NCBI GenBank assembly: GCA_028718865.1
Contig: JAQUKX010000002.1
Span: forward strand, 8,047 to 72,046
Source of the DNA: Patescibacteria group bacterium
Lineage (GTDB): Bacteria; Patescibacteriota; Patescibacteriia; UBA1558; GWA2-36-10
Length of the DNA: 64,000 bases
Direction: 5' to 3'
The position numbers and the translations under genes were made by a program. The notes beneath the pieces are model-generated. The model saw nothing but the letters and a program-made list of their open reading frames with translations, did not search any database and was not told the DNA's origin. This document shows positions 21,247 through 29,997 of this stretch, one piece after another (position 1 is the stretch's first letter; every line of letters starts with the position of its first letter).

Positions 21247-21388
21247 AAATTTTTTGACAAATTAACAAATTGATATTTTATATTTTCCCATTTTTATTCT
21301 CAAAAGTCAATTTTTCCATAAAACAAAAATACTCCAATAATTAAACTGCAGTACTTTGTCTTTACCCATCCTTTCGAGAAGGGATGGG

Positions 21389-21409
21389 TGGAGCCGTCAC
21401 GCGGGCTTG
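21389..21409 (-). pseudogene. Duplicated 3' end (21 bp) of tRNA-Thr(GGT)
   Basis: Identical to 21482-21502; preceded by a palindromic insert and followed by a hairpin at 21364-21389. Confidence 0.85.
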
Positions 21410-21481
21410 TTGAGCGTAGCGAAATCCCACTCTGCGGGAAATCGAATACAAAAAATAATATTATCAAATTCACTAAAGAAA

Positions 21482-21556
<75 letters not shown>

Positions 21557-21610
21557 TGAAAATAAATAATGTTTTAACCCTATACAATGAGCGTGTTTAA
21601 TTGCATTTTA

Positions 21611-21651
21611 TCTACTACTGCCTGTCCTCCTCTGGCGGAAGCTATGACGGC
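21611..21651 (-). pseudogene. Duplicated 5' end of tRNA-Thr(GGT) interrupted by a 19-nt palindromic insert
   Basis: GCCGTCATAGCT[TCCGCCAGAGGAGGACAGG]CAGTAGTAGA versus the intact GCCGTCATAGCTCAGTGGTAGA. Confidence 0.8.
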
Positions 21652-21817
21652 AGACGAAAAACTTATTTTTATTTACTAAACTAAGAAAGTGCCTTTTACT
21701 CTTTGCCTTGCAAACACTTGTCCGCCGAATCCGCCAGCCGGCGGAGAAGACGGGAACTATAACGGCATTAGATGGCACAGCCATCCGAAGCTCTGAGTGT
21801 TAACGAGGAGCGAAAGA

Positions 21818-21903
21818 TGGTGGGCCGGGAGGGATTCGAACCCCCGAAGGCGTATGCCAGCAGATTTACAGTCTGCCCCGGTTGACCACTTCGGTACCGA
21901 CCC
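21818..21903 (-). tRNA. tRNA-Tyr(GTA)
   Basis: GCAGA-CTGTAAA-TCTGC anticodon arm, long variable arm, GGTTCGAATCC, encoded CCA. Confidence 0.97.
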
Positions 21904-21977
21904 ATAAAAATAATGTTTACAAAACTGGCTTAAATAAAAAAAGATTGGCAAGGAAAAACAAACTCTATTAACCTGTT

Positions 21978-22865
21978 TTATTTTAAATTGTCAATTTCCT
22001 CAGCCAGTTCAATGATCTTCTTGTTTTCCGGATTGACTTCTTTCAATCTTTCCAAATATTGACCAGCCAGTTCTTTATCTTGCATTATTATACTAATATT
22101 TATCAAAAAGTCAAGAATTTTAGGATTGTTCGGCGACAAGACCAAAGCTCTTTTGGCTGCATCTAAGGCCTTTTCTCTTTCCTCCAAATCCAGATAAACT
22201 TCGGCTAAAGAAAGAAAATACAAATAATTATCCTGGGAAAGAGAAATTGACTTAAGATAATCCTCCTCGGCTTGCTTGAGATTGCCTCTTTCTTTGGCAA
22301 TATCCGCCAAAGAGGAGTAAATCATAGCATCCTCATTGTGAGTGAGTTTCAATAAATATTCCAGCGTTTCCTTGGCTTGAACATATTCTTTGCGACCGCG
22401 ATAAACTTCAGCCAATAACTTGTAGGAATCAACATGATATTGATCAATGCTCAAAGCATCTAAAAGCAAATCCTCGGCTTGTTGGTATTCTTCTTGGTTT
22501 AGCGCCTGCTTGGCTTGAGTAAGTAGTTGCTCTATGGTTTGCGAGCGGCCGACTGAATTGGCTAGTTTTTCATGACCACGCCGGCGTAGATCTTTTTCCG
22601 CTTTTTTCAATTTCTGATAATACTGCAAAAAATAATCCCCGGCTTTTTCCCGCAGTGGCTCAGATAAATCTTTGATCTTATTGGTCAAATTTTGACCACT
22701 TCTAGCCAAGCGACCGGTTAAAATCGCCTCTTTCTGCTTTCTCAGCTTGGTCTCAGGCAAATTATCAACATTGATATTTTTCAGCTTGGGCAATTTTTTA
22801 AAAACCAGCCAAATAATAAAAGCTGTAGATAAAACCGCTAAAAAAATCAAGATAAAATCTAGCAT
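21978..22865 (-). CDS. Membrane-anchored TPR protein
   Basis: N-terminal TM followed by several TPR repeats. Confidence 0.85.
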   Translation of the reverse strand: MLDFILIFLAVLSTAFIIWLVFKKLPKLKNINVDNLPETKLRKQKEAILTGRLARSGQNLTNKIKDLSEPLREKAGDYFLQYYQKLKKAEKDLRRRGHEKLANSVGRSQTIEQLLTQAKQALNQEEYQQAEDLLLDALSIDQYHVDSYKLLAEVYRGRKEYVQAKETLEYLLKLTHNEDAMIYSSLADIAKERGNLKQAEEDYLKSISLSQDNYLYFLSLAEVYLDLEEREKALDAAKRALVLSPNNPKILDFLINISIIMQDKELAGQYLERLKEVNPENKKIIELAEEIDNLK

Positions 22866-22868
22866 ATT

Positions 22869-23738
22869 TTAGGCTTTATTATTACTGCCAAAAATCCTTA
22901 TAGTCTTTGCTACTTCCTTTTGCATGGCCAAGATTGAAGGCTGAAGAATCTGGCGTGGGTCTATCATATCACTTTTTCTACCAATACTGGCCACAAGCGC
23001 CTCTTTAAAGGCTAAGCGCAAATTGGTATCAATATTTATTATGGAAACGCCGTTTTTTATAGCTGCTTTAAATACTTTTGGCGCTAGACCAGAGCCGCCA
23101 TGCAAAACAAGAGGTATTTTAACCAAAGATCTGATTTTCTTCAAGCGCTCTTGATCTACTTTTTCTACTCCCTTGAAACTGCCATGAATAGTGCCGACTG
23201 AAATCGCCAAAGTATCCACCTTGGTTTTTTCCACGAATTCTTTTGCCTGGTAAGGATCAGTCATCAATTCTTCCATATTAATTTTGCCGGTTTGAAGCTT
23301 GATAAGCCCTTCTTTGCCCAAAATTGCTCCCAATTCCGCCTGCACCCAAACTTTTTTCTTATGTCCGTATATAGCAGCCTGCCGGCTCAATCTGACATTG
23401 GTGGCAAAATCTTTTTCCGAAGCATCCATATGAACCGAATTATAGCCGATATCAACGCATTTTTTCACCAAGGCAATATCATGACCATGATCAAGATGAA
23501 TAGCAATGGGCACGCTTTTGCCAATAGTATTGGCAACTGTGCTTATCATATTAAAAATTGTCGGCAAATTGGAATATTCTATGGCTGATTTGGAAGTTTG
23601 AATTATTAGCGGTGATTTTTCCGCTACTGCTGCTCTGACTATTGCCAGAGTTATTTCCAAATTGGAAGTGTTAAAAGCGCCAACTGCATATTTGCCTTTG
23701 CGAGCTTTGTCTATTATTTGTTTTATAGGCACTATCAT
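22869..23738 (-). CDS. fba: Class II fructose-bisphosphate aldolase
   Basis: YAVGAFN, HLDHG, VGTIHG, PLVLHGGSG, INIDT. Confidence 0.95.
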   Translation of the reverse strand: MIVPIKQIIDKARKGKYAVGAFNTSNLEITLAIVRAAVAEKSPLIIQTSKSAIEYSNLPTIFNMISTVANTIGKSVPIAIHLDHGHDIALVKKCVDIGYNSVHMDASEKDFATNVRLSRQAAIYGHKKKVWVQAELGAILGKEGLIKLQTGKINMEELMTDPYQAKEFVEKTKVDTLAISVGTIHGSFKGVEKVDQERLKKIRSLVKIPLVLHGGSGLAPKVFKAAIKNGVSIINIDTNLRLAFKEALVASIGRKSDMIDPRQILQPSILAMQKEVAKTIRIFGSNNKA

Positions 23739-23763
23739 GGTATTGATTTTAAAATTATAAAAA

Positions 23764-24513
23764 TTAAGCGTTTTTTAAAAGCTGGATAAAAGAATCGGCT
23801 TTTAAGCTGGCGCCTCCCACCAAAACACCACTCACGTCTTCTATTTTGCTAAAGTCTGCTATAGTTTTTGGACTGACACTACCGCCATAAATTAATAAAT
23901 AATTAATAAAACGAGAGCTTAAAACTTTTTTTATTACTGCAAACATTCTGGCTGCTTCCTGGCTGTCTATCACTTGGCCGCTGCCACTGGTGGAAATAGA
24001 CCAAATAGGCTCATAGGCCAGCAAAAATTTGCCCTTTTTGCCCAAGCTGACTGTTGCCTGCTTGATTTGATTTGCAACCACCTTATCTGATTGGCCTTTT
24101 TTCCTTTCTGCCAGTGTTTCGCCAACACAAATTATTGGAATCATTTTTTCTGCTATCACTGCCTTGGCTTTTTTGTTGATTGTCTGATAATCCTCCCCCA
24201 AAGCTCTTTTTTCCGAATGGCCAACTATCACGTACTGACAACCTGTTGTTTGTAAATTTTTGGGTGAAACTTGGCCAGTAAAAGCCCCTTTTCCCTCGTA
24301 AAAAACATCTTGGGCTCCCAAAGTAATTTTACTTTTTTTCAATATCTTGGATATTTCAGTTATTGCCAAAAAATCCGGACAAAGAATTGCTTGTTTATCA
24401 ACTAAATTTAAGCGACTTATTTTTTTCTTTATTTGTCCAGTCAAAGCCAAAGATTCTTTTAGACTTAAATTCATTTTCCAATTGGCAATGACTATCTTTT
24501 TTTTATTTTTCAT
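23764..24513 (-). CDS. tpiA: Triosephosphate isomerase
   Basis: ANWKMN, GHSE, AYEPIW, YGGSV, LVGGASL. Confidence 0.96.
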   Translation of the reverse strand: MKNKKKIVIANWKMNLSLKESLALTGQIKKKISRLNLVDKQAILCPDFLAITEISKILKKSKITLGAQDVFYEGKGAFTGQVSPKNLQTTGCQYVIVGHSEKRALGEDYQTINKKAKAVIAEKMIPIICVGETLAERKKGQSDKVVANQIKQATVSLGKKGKFLLAYEPIWSISTSGSGQVIDSQEAARMFAVIKKVLSSRFINYLLIYGGSVSPKTIADFSKIEDVSGVLVGGASLKADSFIQLLKNA

Positions 24514-25007
24514 AATAAAAATTCAAAAATTTTAAAAAATCCCAAGGATATTAAAGTAACAAAAACCGCTGCCAAGAGCGTGCCTAGAAAAATAAGCAAA
24601 AGTGCCTGTTTTTTTTCAAAGGCAAACAGCCAGGCTGCCAAAGAACCAGTCCAAACTCCAGTCAAAGGCAAAGGTATAGACACGAAAATCAAAAGAGCGA
24701 TTTTGCCCCATAAATAGTATTTTTTATCAAATCTTTTTCTAGTTCTCTCAAAAAGCCAGTTAAAAAATTTATCTCCCCACTTAAAACGCTGAAAATATTG
24801 AGAAACTGGTCCGACAAAATAAATAATCAAAACTGCGGGTATAAAACTGCCAATTACTGACAAGCTAAAAGCCTGCCAAATTGGCAAAGAAAAAGTTTTC
24901 AAAGCAATAGGAATAGAAGCGCGCAGTTCTGTCACCGGCAACATAGCCAAAAGCAAAGTAGCTAGCTGATGATTGAGAGAATAAATCCAGGAAAAATCAA
25001 TGTTCAT
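24510..25007 (-). CDS. Small multi-drug export family membrane protein
   Basis: MLPVTELRASIP and IPLPLTGVWTG motifs. Confidence 0.85.
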   Translation of the reverse strand: MNIDFSWIYSLNHQLATLLLAMLPVTELRASIPIALKTFSLPIWQAFSLSVIGSFIPAVLIIYFVGPVSQYFQRFKWGDKFFNWLFERTRKRFDKKYYLWGKIALLIFVSIPLPLTGVWTGSLAAWLFAFEKKQALLLIFLGTLLAAVFVTLISLGFFKIFEFLL

Positions 25008-25037
25008 ATTATTATTCAGTATAAAACAAAAAATTAT

Positions 25038-25964
25038 TTAACGCCAGCTGTAATTATCAAAAGTCCAGGCTGTCAAAACTTTGAGATCACGGAAACGATC
25101 TTCATTGGCAGCCGACCCTAAAACCACGCTGATAATGGTATTTTTATCTTTATTCTGAGCTTCAGCTACCAAACAATAACCAGCCGCGCCTATATAGCCG
25201 GTTTTGCCGGCCGAAATATCCAAATATCCGCCCAGCAGATGATTGGTAGAATATATTTTTCTCTCCTGTCCTGACAGAGTTTTTAGATCATAAGTGCGGC
25301 GAGACAAAGCATTTTTTATCTCCTGATTGGCAAAAGCTATTTTTGCCAGCTCCAAAACTTCCAAAGCAGTGGAAACATTATTTTCATTGAGACCGGTTAC
25401 TTCCGCAAATTTAGTATTTTTTAGGCCAAAATCAGCGGATTTTTTATTCATCTGAACGACAAATTCTTCTTGGCTAAGGCCAGTGCTCCTAGCCAGAGCT
25501 TTGGCTGAATTATTATCAGAAGAAATTAACGCCAGATAAAATAAATCCCTGACTGTCACTACTTCTCCCCGCAAAAGATCATTACTGGCGCCGACTGTCT
25601 CGTCTTCTCTTGTCATGGTTATAGTTTCATTCCAGCCAGGATTATACTCCAAAAAAACCAAAGCCGTCATCAGTTTGCTGATGCTGGCAATAGGTCGGAC
25701 TGTTTGGGCATTTTTCTGCCACAAGATTATTCCTGTATTTTTATCCATTACTGCTGCCGACTGAGCAGTCATTTTCACTCCCAAAGACAAATTATCTTCT
25801 TTATGGGGGATTTTTTCTTGGCTTGGAGAAATTACTTTTTGAGAAAGCAAAACAACTTCCTGCCCATTTTGCTCCTGAATATTAAAAATAGGCAAATGAT
25901 AATTAGAAACTGTCCCCAGCCCCCAGGAAAAAGCAATGCTAGCTATCAGCAACCAAAAATTCAT
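25038..25964 (-). CDS. D-alanyl-D-alanine carboxypeptidase/endopeptidase (S11 family)
   Basis: SISK, SDN and KTG motifs. Confidence 0.9.
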   Translation of the reverse strand: MNFWLLIASIAFSWGLGTVSNYHLPIFNIQEQNGQEVVLLSQKVISPSQEKIPHKEDNLSLGVKMTAQSAAVMDKNTGIILWQKNAQTVRPIASISKLMTALVFLEYNPGWNETITMTREDETVGASNDLLRGEVVTVRDLFYLALISSDNNSAKALARSTGLSQEEFVVQMNKKSADFGLKNTKFAEVTGLNENNVSTALEVLELAKIAFANQEIKNALSRRTYDLKTLSGQERKIYSTNHLLGGYLDISAGKTGYIGAAGYCLVAEAQNKDKNTIISVVLGSAANEDRFRDLKVLTAWTFDNYSWR

Positions 25965-26669
25965 CTTTTTATTTCTTTTTCATTTATCTGAACGTATTTC
26001 CCTTCTGGCAAATTACCTAAAGAAAAATTTCCTTCCTTTATTCTCTTTAAGAAAATAACCCTATAACCTACCTCCGCCAACATTCTTCTTATTTGCCGAT
26101 TAAAACCTTGATGCAACACAATCTCTAGTTCGTTTTTTGCCAATATTTTTACTCTATCCGCTTTAGCTAAACCTTCACTAAGTTTTATCCCTTTTTCCAG
26201 TTTGCTTTTTAAAAAAGCCTCAATTTCTTTATTTACCTTAACTAAATAAGTTTTTTTGGCAAAGAAATTTAGGATGAGTAAGCTGATAAGCAAAATCACC
26301 GTCATTGGTAAGGATTATCAGTCCTTGAGAATCTTTGTCTAGCCGACCGACCGGAAAAACTCGCGTGCTTTTGGGCACTAAAGACAAAATATTTTTGGGA
26401 TTATGAGGGTCTTTGACTGAAGAAACATAACCTTTAGGTTTATTTAGTAGATAATATACTTTTTTATCTACTGCCAAAATTTTCCCGTCTAATTCTATTT
26501 TATCTTGAAGAGAAACTTGACTGGCCAAATTGACGACTATTTTTCCATTTATTTTCACCCGACCCGTTTTGACAATATCTTCGGCTTTGCGACGAGAAGC
26601 AACGCCAGCTTGAGCCAAAAATCTAGCTAAACGCATAGTTTCTATTGATTTTTTATAAACTTTTTTCTC
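25961..26669 (-). pseudogene. rluB: RluB/RsuA-family pseudouridine synthase split by a frameshift
   Basis: S4 domain (MRLARFLAQAGVASRRKAE) and VGRLDKDSQGL in one frame; KTYLVKV...LHQGFNRQIRRM in another. The junction is at an A7 run (26251-26257). Confidence 0.85.
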
Positions 26670-27222
26670 CATCTTTATCAACATTTTCCTCCAGAAGTTT
26701 GCGCAAATTATCATCGCTGTTTAGCTTGTCAAAATCCGGCAACTCGCTCACTGAAGTTAGTCCCAAATGGCGCAAAAATTCCATAGTCACCGAGTAAGTA
26801 GTAGCTAGGCTATTTTTGTCTTCGTTAGCTTCAATATAGCCACGGATAAGCAGATTTCTCAAAATAAGACTGCAATTAACTCCTCTTATTTGCTCCAACT
26901 CTTCCTTGCTAATGGGCTGACGATAAGCAATAATAGTCAAAGCTTCCAAAGACGGCTTGCTCAACTCCCCTTCCAGCTCATCTTTAAAATAATCCCGCAA
27001 AAATTTTCCATTTTTGGGATTAGTGACAAACTGGGCTTTTTGGTTGTTTATTGCCAAATGAATACCGCTATCTTCTTGATTATATTTTTCTTCAATCCTA
27101 GCTAGAAGCTCTTTGGTTTTTTCCAAAGAAATAGCCAAAGTCTTATTTATATTTTCTATACTAATAGGCTTGGCTAAGGCAAAAAACAGACTTTCTAACT
27201 GGGATAATTTTTCTTTGTCCAT
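26653..27222 (-). CDS. scpB: SMC-Scp complex subunit ScpB
   Basis: LSKPSLEALTIIAYRQPISKEELEQIRGVN. Confidence 0.95.
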   Translation of the reverse strand: MDKEKLSQLESLFFALAKPISIENINKTLAISLEKTKELLARIEEKYNQEDSGIHLAINNQKAQFVTNPKNGKFLRDYFKDELEGELSKPSLEALTIIAYRQPISKEELEQIRGVNCSLILRNLLIRGYIEANEDKNSLATTYSVTMEFLRHLGLTSVSELPDFDKLNSDDNLRKLLEENVDKDGEKSL

Positions 27223-27248
27223 ATTTTATCAATCAAACCAATAAATAT

Positions 27249-27959
27249 TTAAAAATCAATTCCTTTGTTTTTCTCTATACTCAAATCACCAAACAAACTA
27301 TCTTGAGCAATATTTATTTCTCTTTGCTTTACCAGTTCCAGCATAGCCAAAAAACTGACTATTACTTCCATCTTGTCTTTTTTATCCAGCATGGCACTAA
27401 AACTGACTTTACCAAATTTTTTTATTTGTTCTTTTATTTGCTGAATTTTTTCGCCAATAGAAATAGCTTTCTTTATGGCTACCTTGGGCAAATTGACTAC
27501 CCTGTCTATCCGAGCCAAAACTTCCTGAAAAAATTCCTTTAAAAGTTCTAAAGAAATTCCCTGAGGCGGGACAAATTCTTGCTCCAAAGGAGGCTTGTAA
27601 GGTGCCTGGCGGAAAAAAGTTGCTCTGTCACTGAGAAAAATCTGATTTATTTCCTTGCTGGCGTCGTAATATTGGCGATAAATCTTTAGCTGTTTTTCCA
27701 AATCACCAGCATTATCTTCATCAGTCAAGTTCAAATCCGGCAAAAGATGTTTTGATTTGAGATAAATCAGCCGAGAAGCAATCAATAAAAAATCAGCCAC
27801 TTCGGCCGAAGCAATATTTTCTGCCGCGTCAATATAAGCCAAATACTGATCCGTAATTCGCGCCAGCGATATTTCAGTGATTTGAAGCTTGTTTTTTTCT
27901 ATCAACTGCAGCAGAAGATCCAGAGGCCCTTGAAATTGCTCTAAGCTTATTTGGTGCAT
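27249..27959 (-). CDS. scpA: Segregation/condensation protein ScpA
   Basis: FQGPLDLLLQLI; FLAMLELVK...QDSLFGDL. Confidence 0.95.
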   Translation of the reverse strand: MHQISLEQFQGPLDLLLQLIEKNKLQITEISLARITDQYLAYIDAAENIASAEVADFLLIASRLIYLKSKHLLPDLNLTDEDNAGDLEKQLKIYRQYYDASKEINQIFLSDRATFFRQAPYKPPLEQEFVPPQGISLELLKEFFQEVLARIDRVVNLPKVAIKKAISIGEKIQQIKEQIKKFGKVSFSAMLDKKDKMEVIVSFLAMLELVKQREINIAQDSLFGDLSIEKNKGIDF

Positions 27960-28029
27960 TTTTTACCAAAAATAAATAAAAATAACAGGGATATTATATC
28001 ATTTTTCCCTAATAATTTCAAAATAAAAA

Positions 28030-28156
28030 GAGGGGGCTCCGCGTTGCACGAAGCCCCCGAACCGCTACTGGGAGCATGGACTCCCGAATCTTACTTGTCG
28101 GGTCTAGCCCCGGTAGCGGTCTTTCTCCCTGGGGAGGGAGCTGTGTACGTAAATAC
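28030..28156 (-). ncRNA. Candidate structured small RNA of unknown family
   Basis: GC-rich stems 28061-28120 and 28125-28140, a terminator-like hairpin 28032-28058 with a T tract, and an upstream TTGACA-17-TAGTTT. Confidence 0.45.
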
Positions 28157-28209
28157 CAAATAAAACTATAATATTTACCTTATTTTGTCAATAGTAGAAG
28201 CCTAATTAC

Positions 28210-29637
28210 TTATTTTTTGATTGCTATTCCTAGCTCATCCAATTGCTTTTTATCCACAGAAGCTGGAGAATCAAGTAATGGATCACGACCATCAGAAGTA
28301 AGAGGAAAAGCAGTTACTTCCCGCAGATTTTTTTCTCCCAAAAGAACCATCAAGAGCCTTTCTAGTCCTGGGGCAATGCCACCATGAGGCGGAACGCCAT
28401 ATTTAAAAGCTTCAAAATAATGCTTAAACTGATCTTTTTGCTTGTCGCTAAAACCAATCAAATTCCAGACTTTCTCCTGAATTTTCATCTCATGGATTCT
28501 AATTGCTCCCCCGCCTACTTCAAAACCGTTTAAAACCAAATCATGCTGATATGATTTTACTTTGCCTGGATCGCTGTCAAGAAGCGTAATATCCTCTTCT
28601 TTGGGAGCAGTAAACATATTGTGCGCCGGACCCCAAATATCGCCAGCACCGACAAACCTATCCTCATCAGTTTGAGGCATAAACAAAGGAAAATTAAGCA
28701 CCCAAGCAAAAGCCAGCTCATTTTTATCGTTCTTGTCTTTTCTCAAATCCGGCTTATCAGTTTTGTATTTAGCCATTACCTGATCATAATCAAGCCGTGG
28801 CCAAGGATCAAAAGTGATTTTCTTTTGAGGAAAAAGCTCTTTGACCATACTTGTAAACATTTTTTCTACCAAATTCAAAATATCCTCTTGTTTGACAAAA
28901 GACATTTCCATATCCAGCTGATAAAACTCGCCTGGAGAGCGGTCAGCTCGGGCATCTTCATCTCGAAAACAAGGAGCTATCTGAAAATATTTTTCCATGC
29001 CCGCTACCATTAGGAGCTGTTTGTACTGCTGAGGCGCTTGAGGCAGGGCAAAAAACTTACCCGGATGCAGACGAGAAGGCACTAGATAATCCCTAGCCCC
29101 TTCGGGAGTAGATTTGGAAAGTATAGGTGTCTGAATTTCTACAAAATCATTTTTGGTCAGCCAATTTCTTAAATAAGCAAAAACTTTGTGTCTAGCTAAT
29201 AGATTGTTTTTCATTCTTTGATGGCGCAAATCCAAATAGCGATATTTGAGTCTCAGCTCTTCATTGGCTTGACGATCTTCATTTTCAATCTCAAAAGGCG
29301 GAGTTTCCGCTTGAGATAAAATGCTGATTTTTTTGGCCAAAATCTCTACTGAACCAGTCGGCAAATCAGGATTTATTTGCTTGCCTCCCCTTTTTTGCAC
29401 CTCACCTTCTATAGCCAGCACAAATTCAGGACGAATTTCTTTTATCAGTTCCAAATCTGTCTCTTTCAGTTCCTGAGGAACTATCACCACCTGTGCCAAG
29501 CCCCAACGGTCTCTGAGATCCAAAAAGATAATTTTACCCATATTTCGACGGGCATTGACCCAGCCTTGGAGTAAAACTGGCTGACCAACCTGACTGACTG
29601 TTTCTATTGTTTTTGTTCTATTCATATAATTTTTCAT
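28210..29637 (-). CDS. aspS: Aspartate--tRNA ligase (short form, apparently lacking the GAD insertion)
   Basis: LKYRYLDLR, STPEGARDYLVPSR, CFRDEDARADR, PPHGGIAPG; only 475 aa. Confidence 0.95.
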   Translation of the reverse strand: MKNYMNRTKTIETVSQVGQPVLLQGWVNARRNMGKIIFLDLRDRWGLAQVVIVPQELKETDLELIKEIRPEFVLAIEGEVQKRGGKQINPDLPTGSVEILAKKISILSQAETPPFEIENEDRQANEELRLKYRYLDLRHQRMKNNLLARHKVFAYLRNWLTKNDFVEIQTPILSKSTPEGARDYLVPSRLHPGKFFALPQAPQQYKQLLMVAGMEKYFQIAPCFRDEDARADRSPGEFYQLDMEMSFVKQEDILNLVEKMFTSMVKELFPQKKITFDPWPRLDYDQVMAKYKTDKPDLRKDKNDKNELAFAWVLNFPLFMPQTDEDRFVGAGDIWGPAHNMFTAPKEEDITLLDSDPGKVKSYQHDLVLNGFEVGGGAIRIHEMKIQEKVWNLIGFSDKQKDQFKHYFEAFKYGVPPHGGIAPGLERLLMVLLGEKNLREVTAFPLTSDGRDPLLDSPASVDKKQLDELGIAIKK

Positions 29638-29673
29638 GCTGAATATATTTCAGCGTCTCGTTAATTTTATACT

Positions 29674-29700
29674 AGATTCTGAAACAAGTTCAGAATGGCA
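29674..29700. repeat. REP-like palindrome ATTCTGAAACAAGTTCAGAAT
   Basis: Imperfect inverted repeat directly 3' of the split tRNA. Confidence 0.6.
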
Positions 29701-29706
29701 TGCTTG

Positions 29707-29976
29707 TGGAGCCGAGAACAGGAATTGAACCTGCGACCCGCGGTTTATCGACCGTAGGGAGACCCCGCTCTTTGGGCGGTTTACGATACCGCTGCTCCCC
29801 GCCTGCCTGCGCCTAGGTCTGGAGCCGACTATCGGACTTGAACCGATCACCTACGGTTTACGATACCGTCGCTCTACCAGATGAGCTAAGTCGGCGCAAG
29901 GCCTAGGCGGGCAGGTACCAAACTGACCTCGCCCGACTCGCCTACGGCAAAGCCGTGGCGGGCGGGCTATCTCGGC
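29707..29976 (-). tRNA. Split outer tRNA-Thr(CGT) in four pieces: 29966-29976, 29916-29926, 29784-29797, 29707-29747 (pseudogene or intron-containing)
   Basis: Joined pieces give GCCGAGA TA GCTC AGTTTGGTA GAGC A GCGGT ATCGTAA ACCGC GGGTC GCAGG TTCAATT CCTGT TCTCGGC T CCA, a complete cloverleaf. Confidence 0.88.
29820..29895 (-). tRNA. Intact inner tRNA-Thr(CGT) nested inside the split tRNA
   Basis: GCCGACT TA GCTC ATCTGGTA GAGC G ACGGT ATCGTAA ACCGT AGGTG ATCGG TTCAAGT CCGAT AGTCGGC T CCA. Confidence 0.96.
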
Positions 29977-29997
29977 AAAATCGCCTTCTTAAGAGAT

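Noticed and set aside
29650-29850. 66-aa minus-strand ORF
   Set aside because: Translation of tRNA and insert sequence.
29748-29965. Group I/II introns or BHB-type introns in the split tRNA
   Set aside because: Inserts are 36-118 nt with no ribozyme core, and I could not build a clear bulge-helix-bulge at the junctions.
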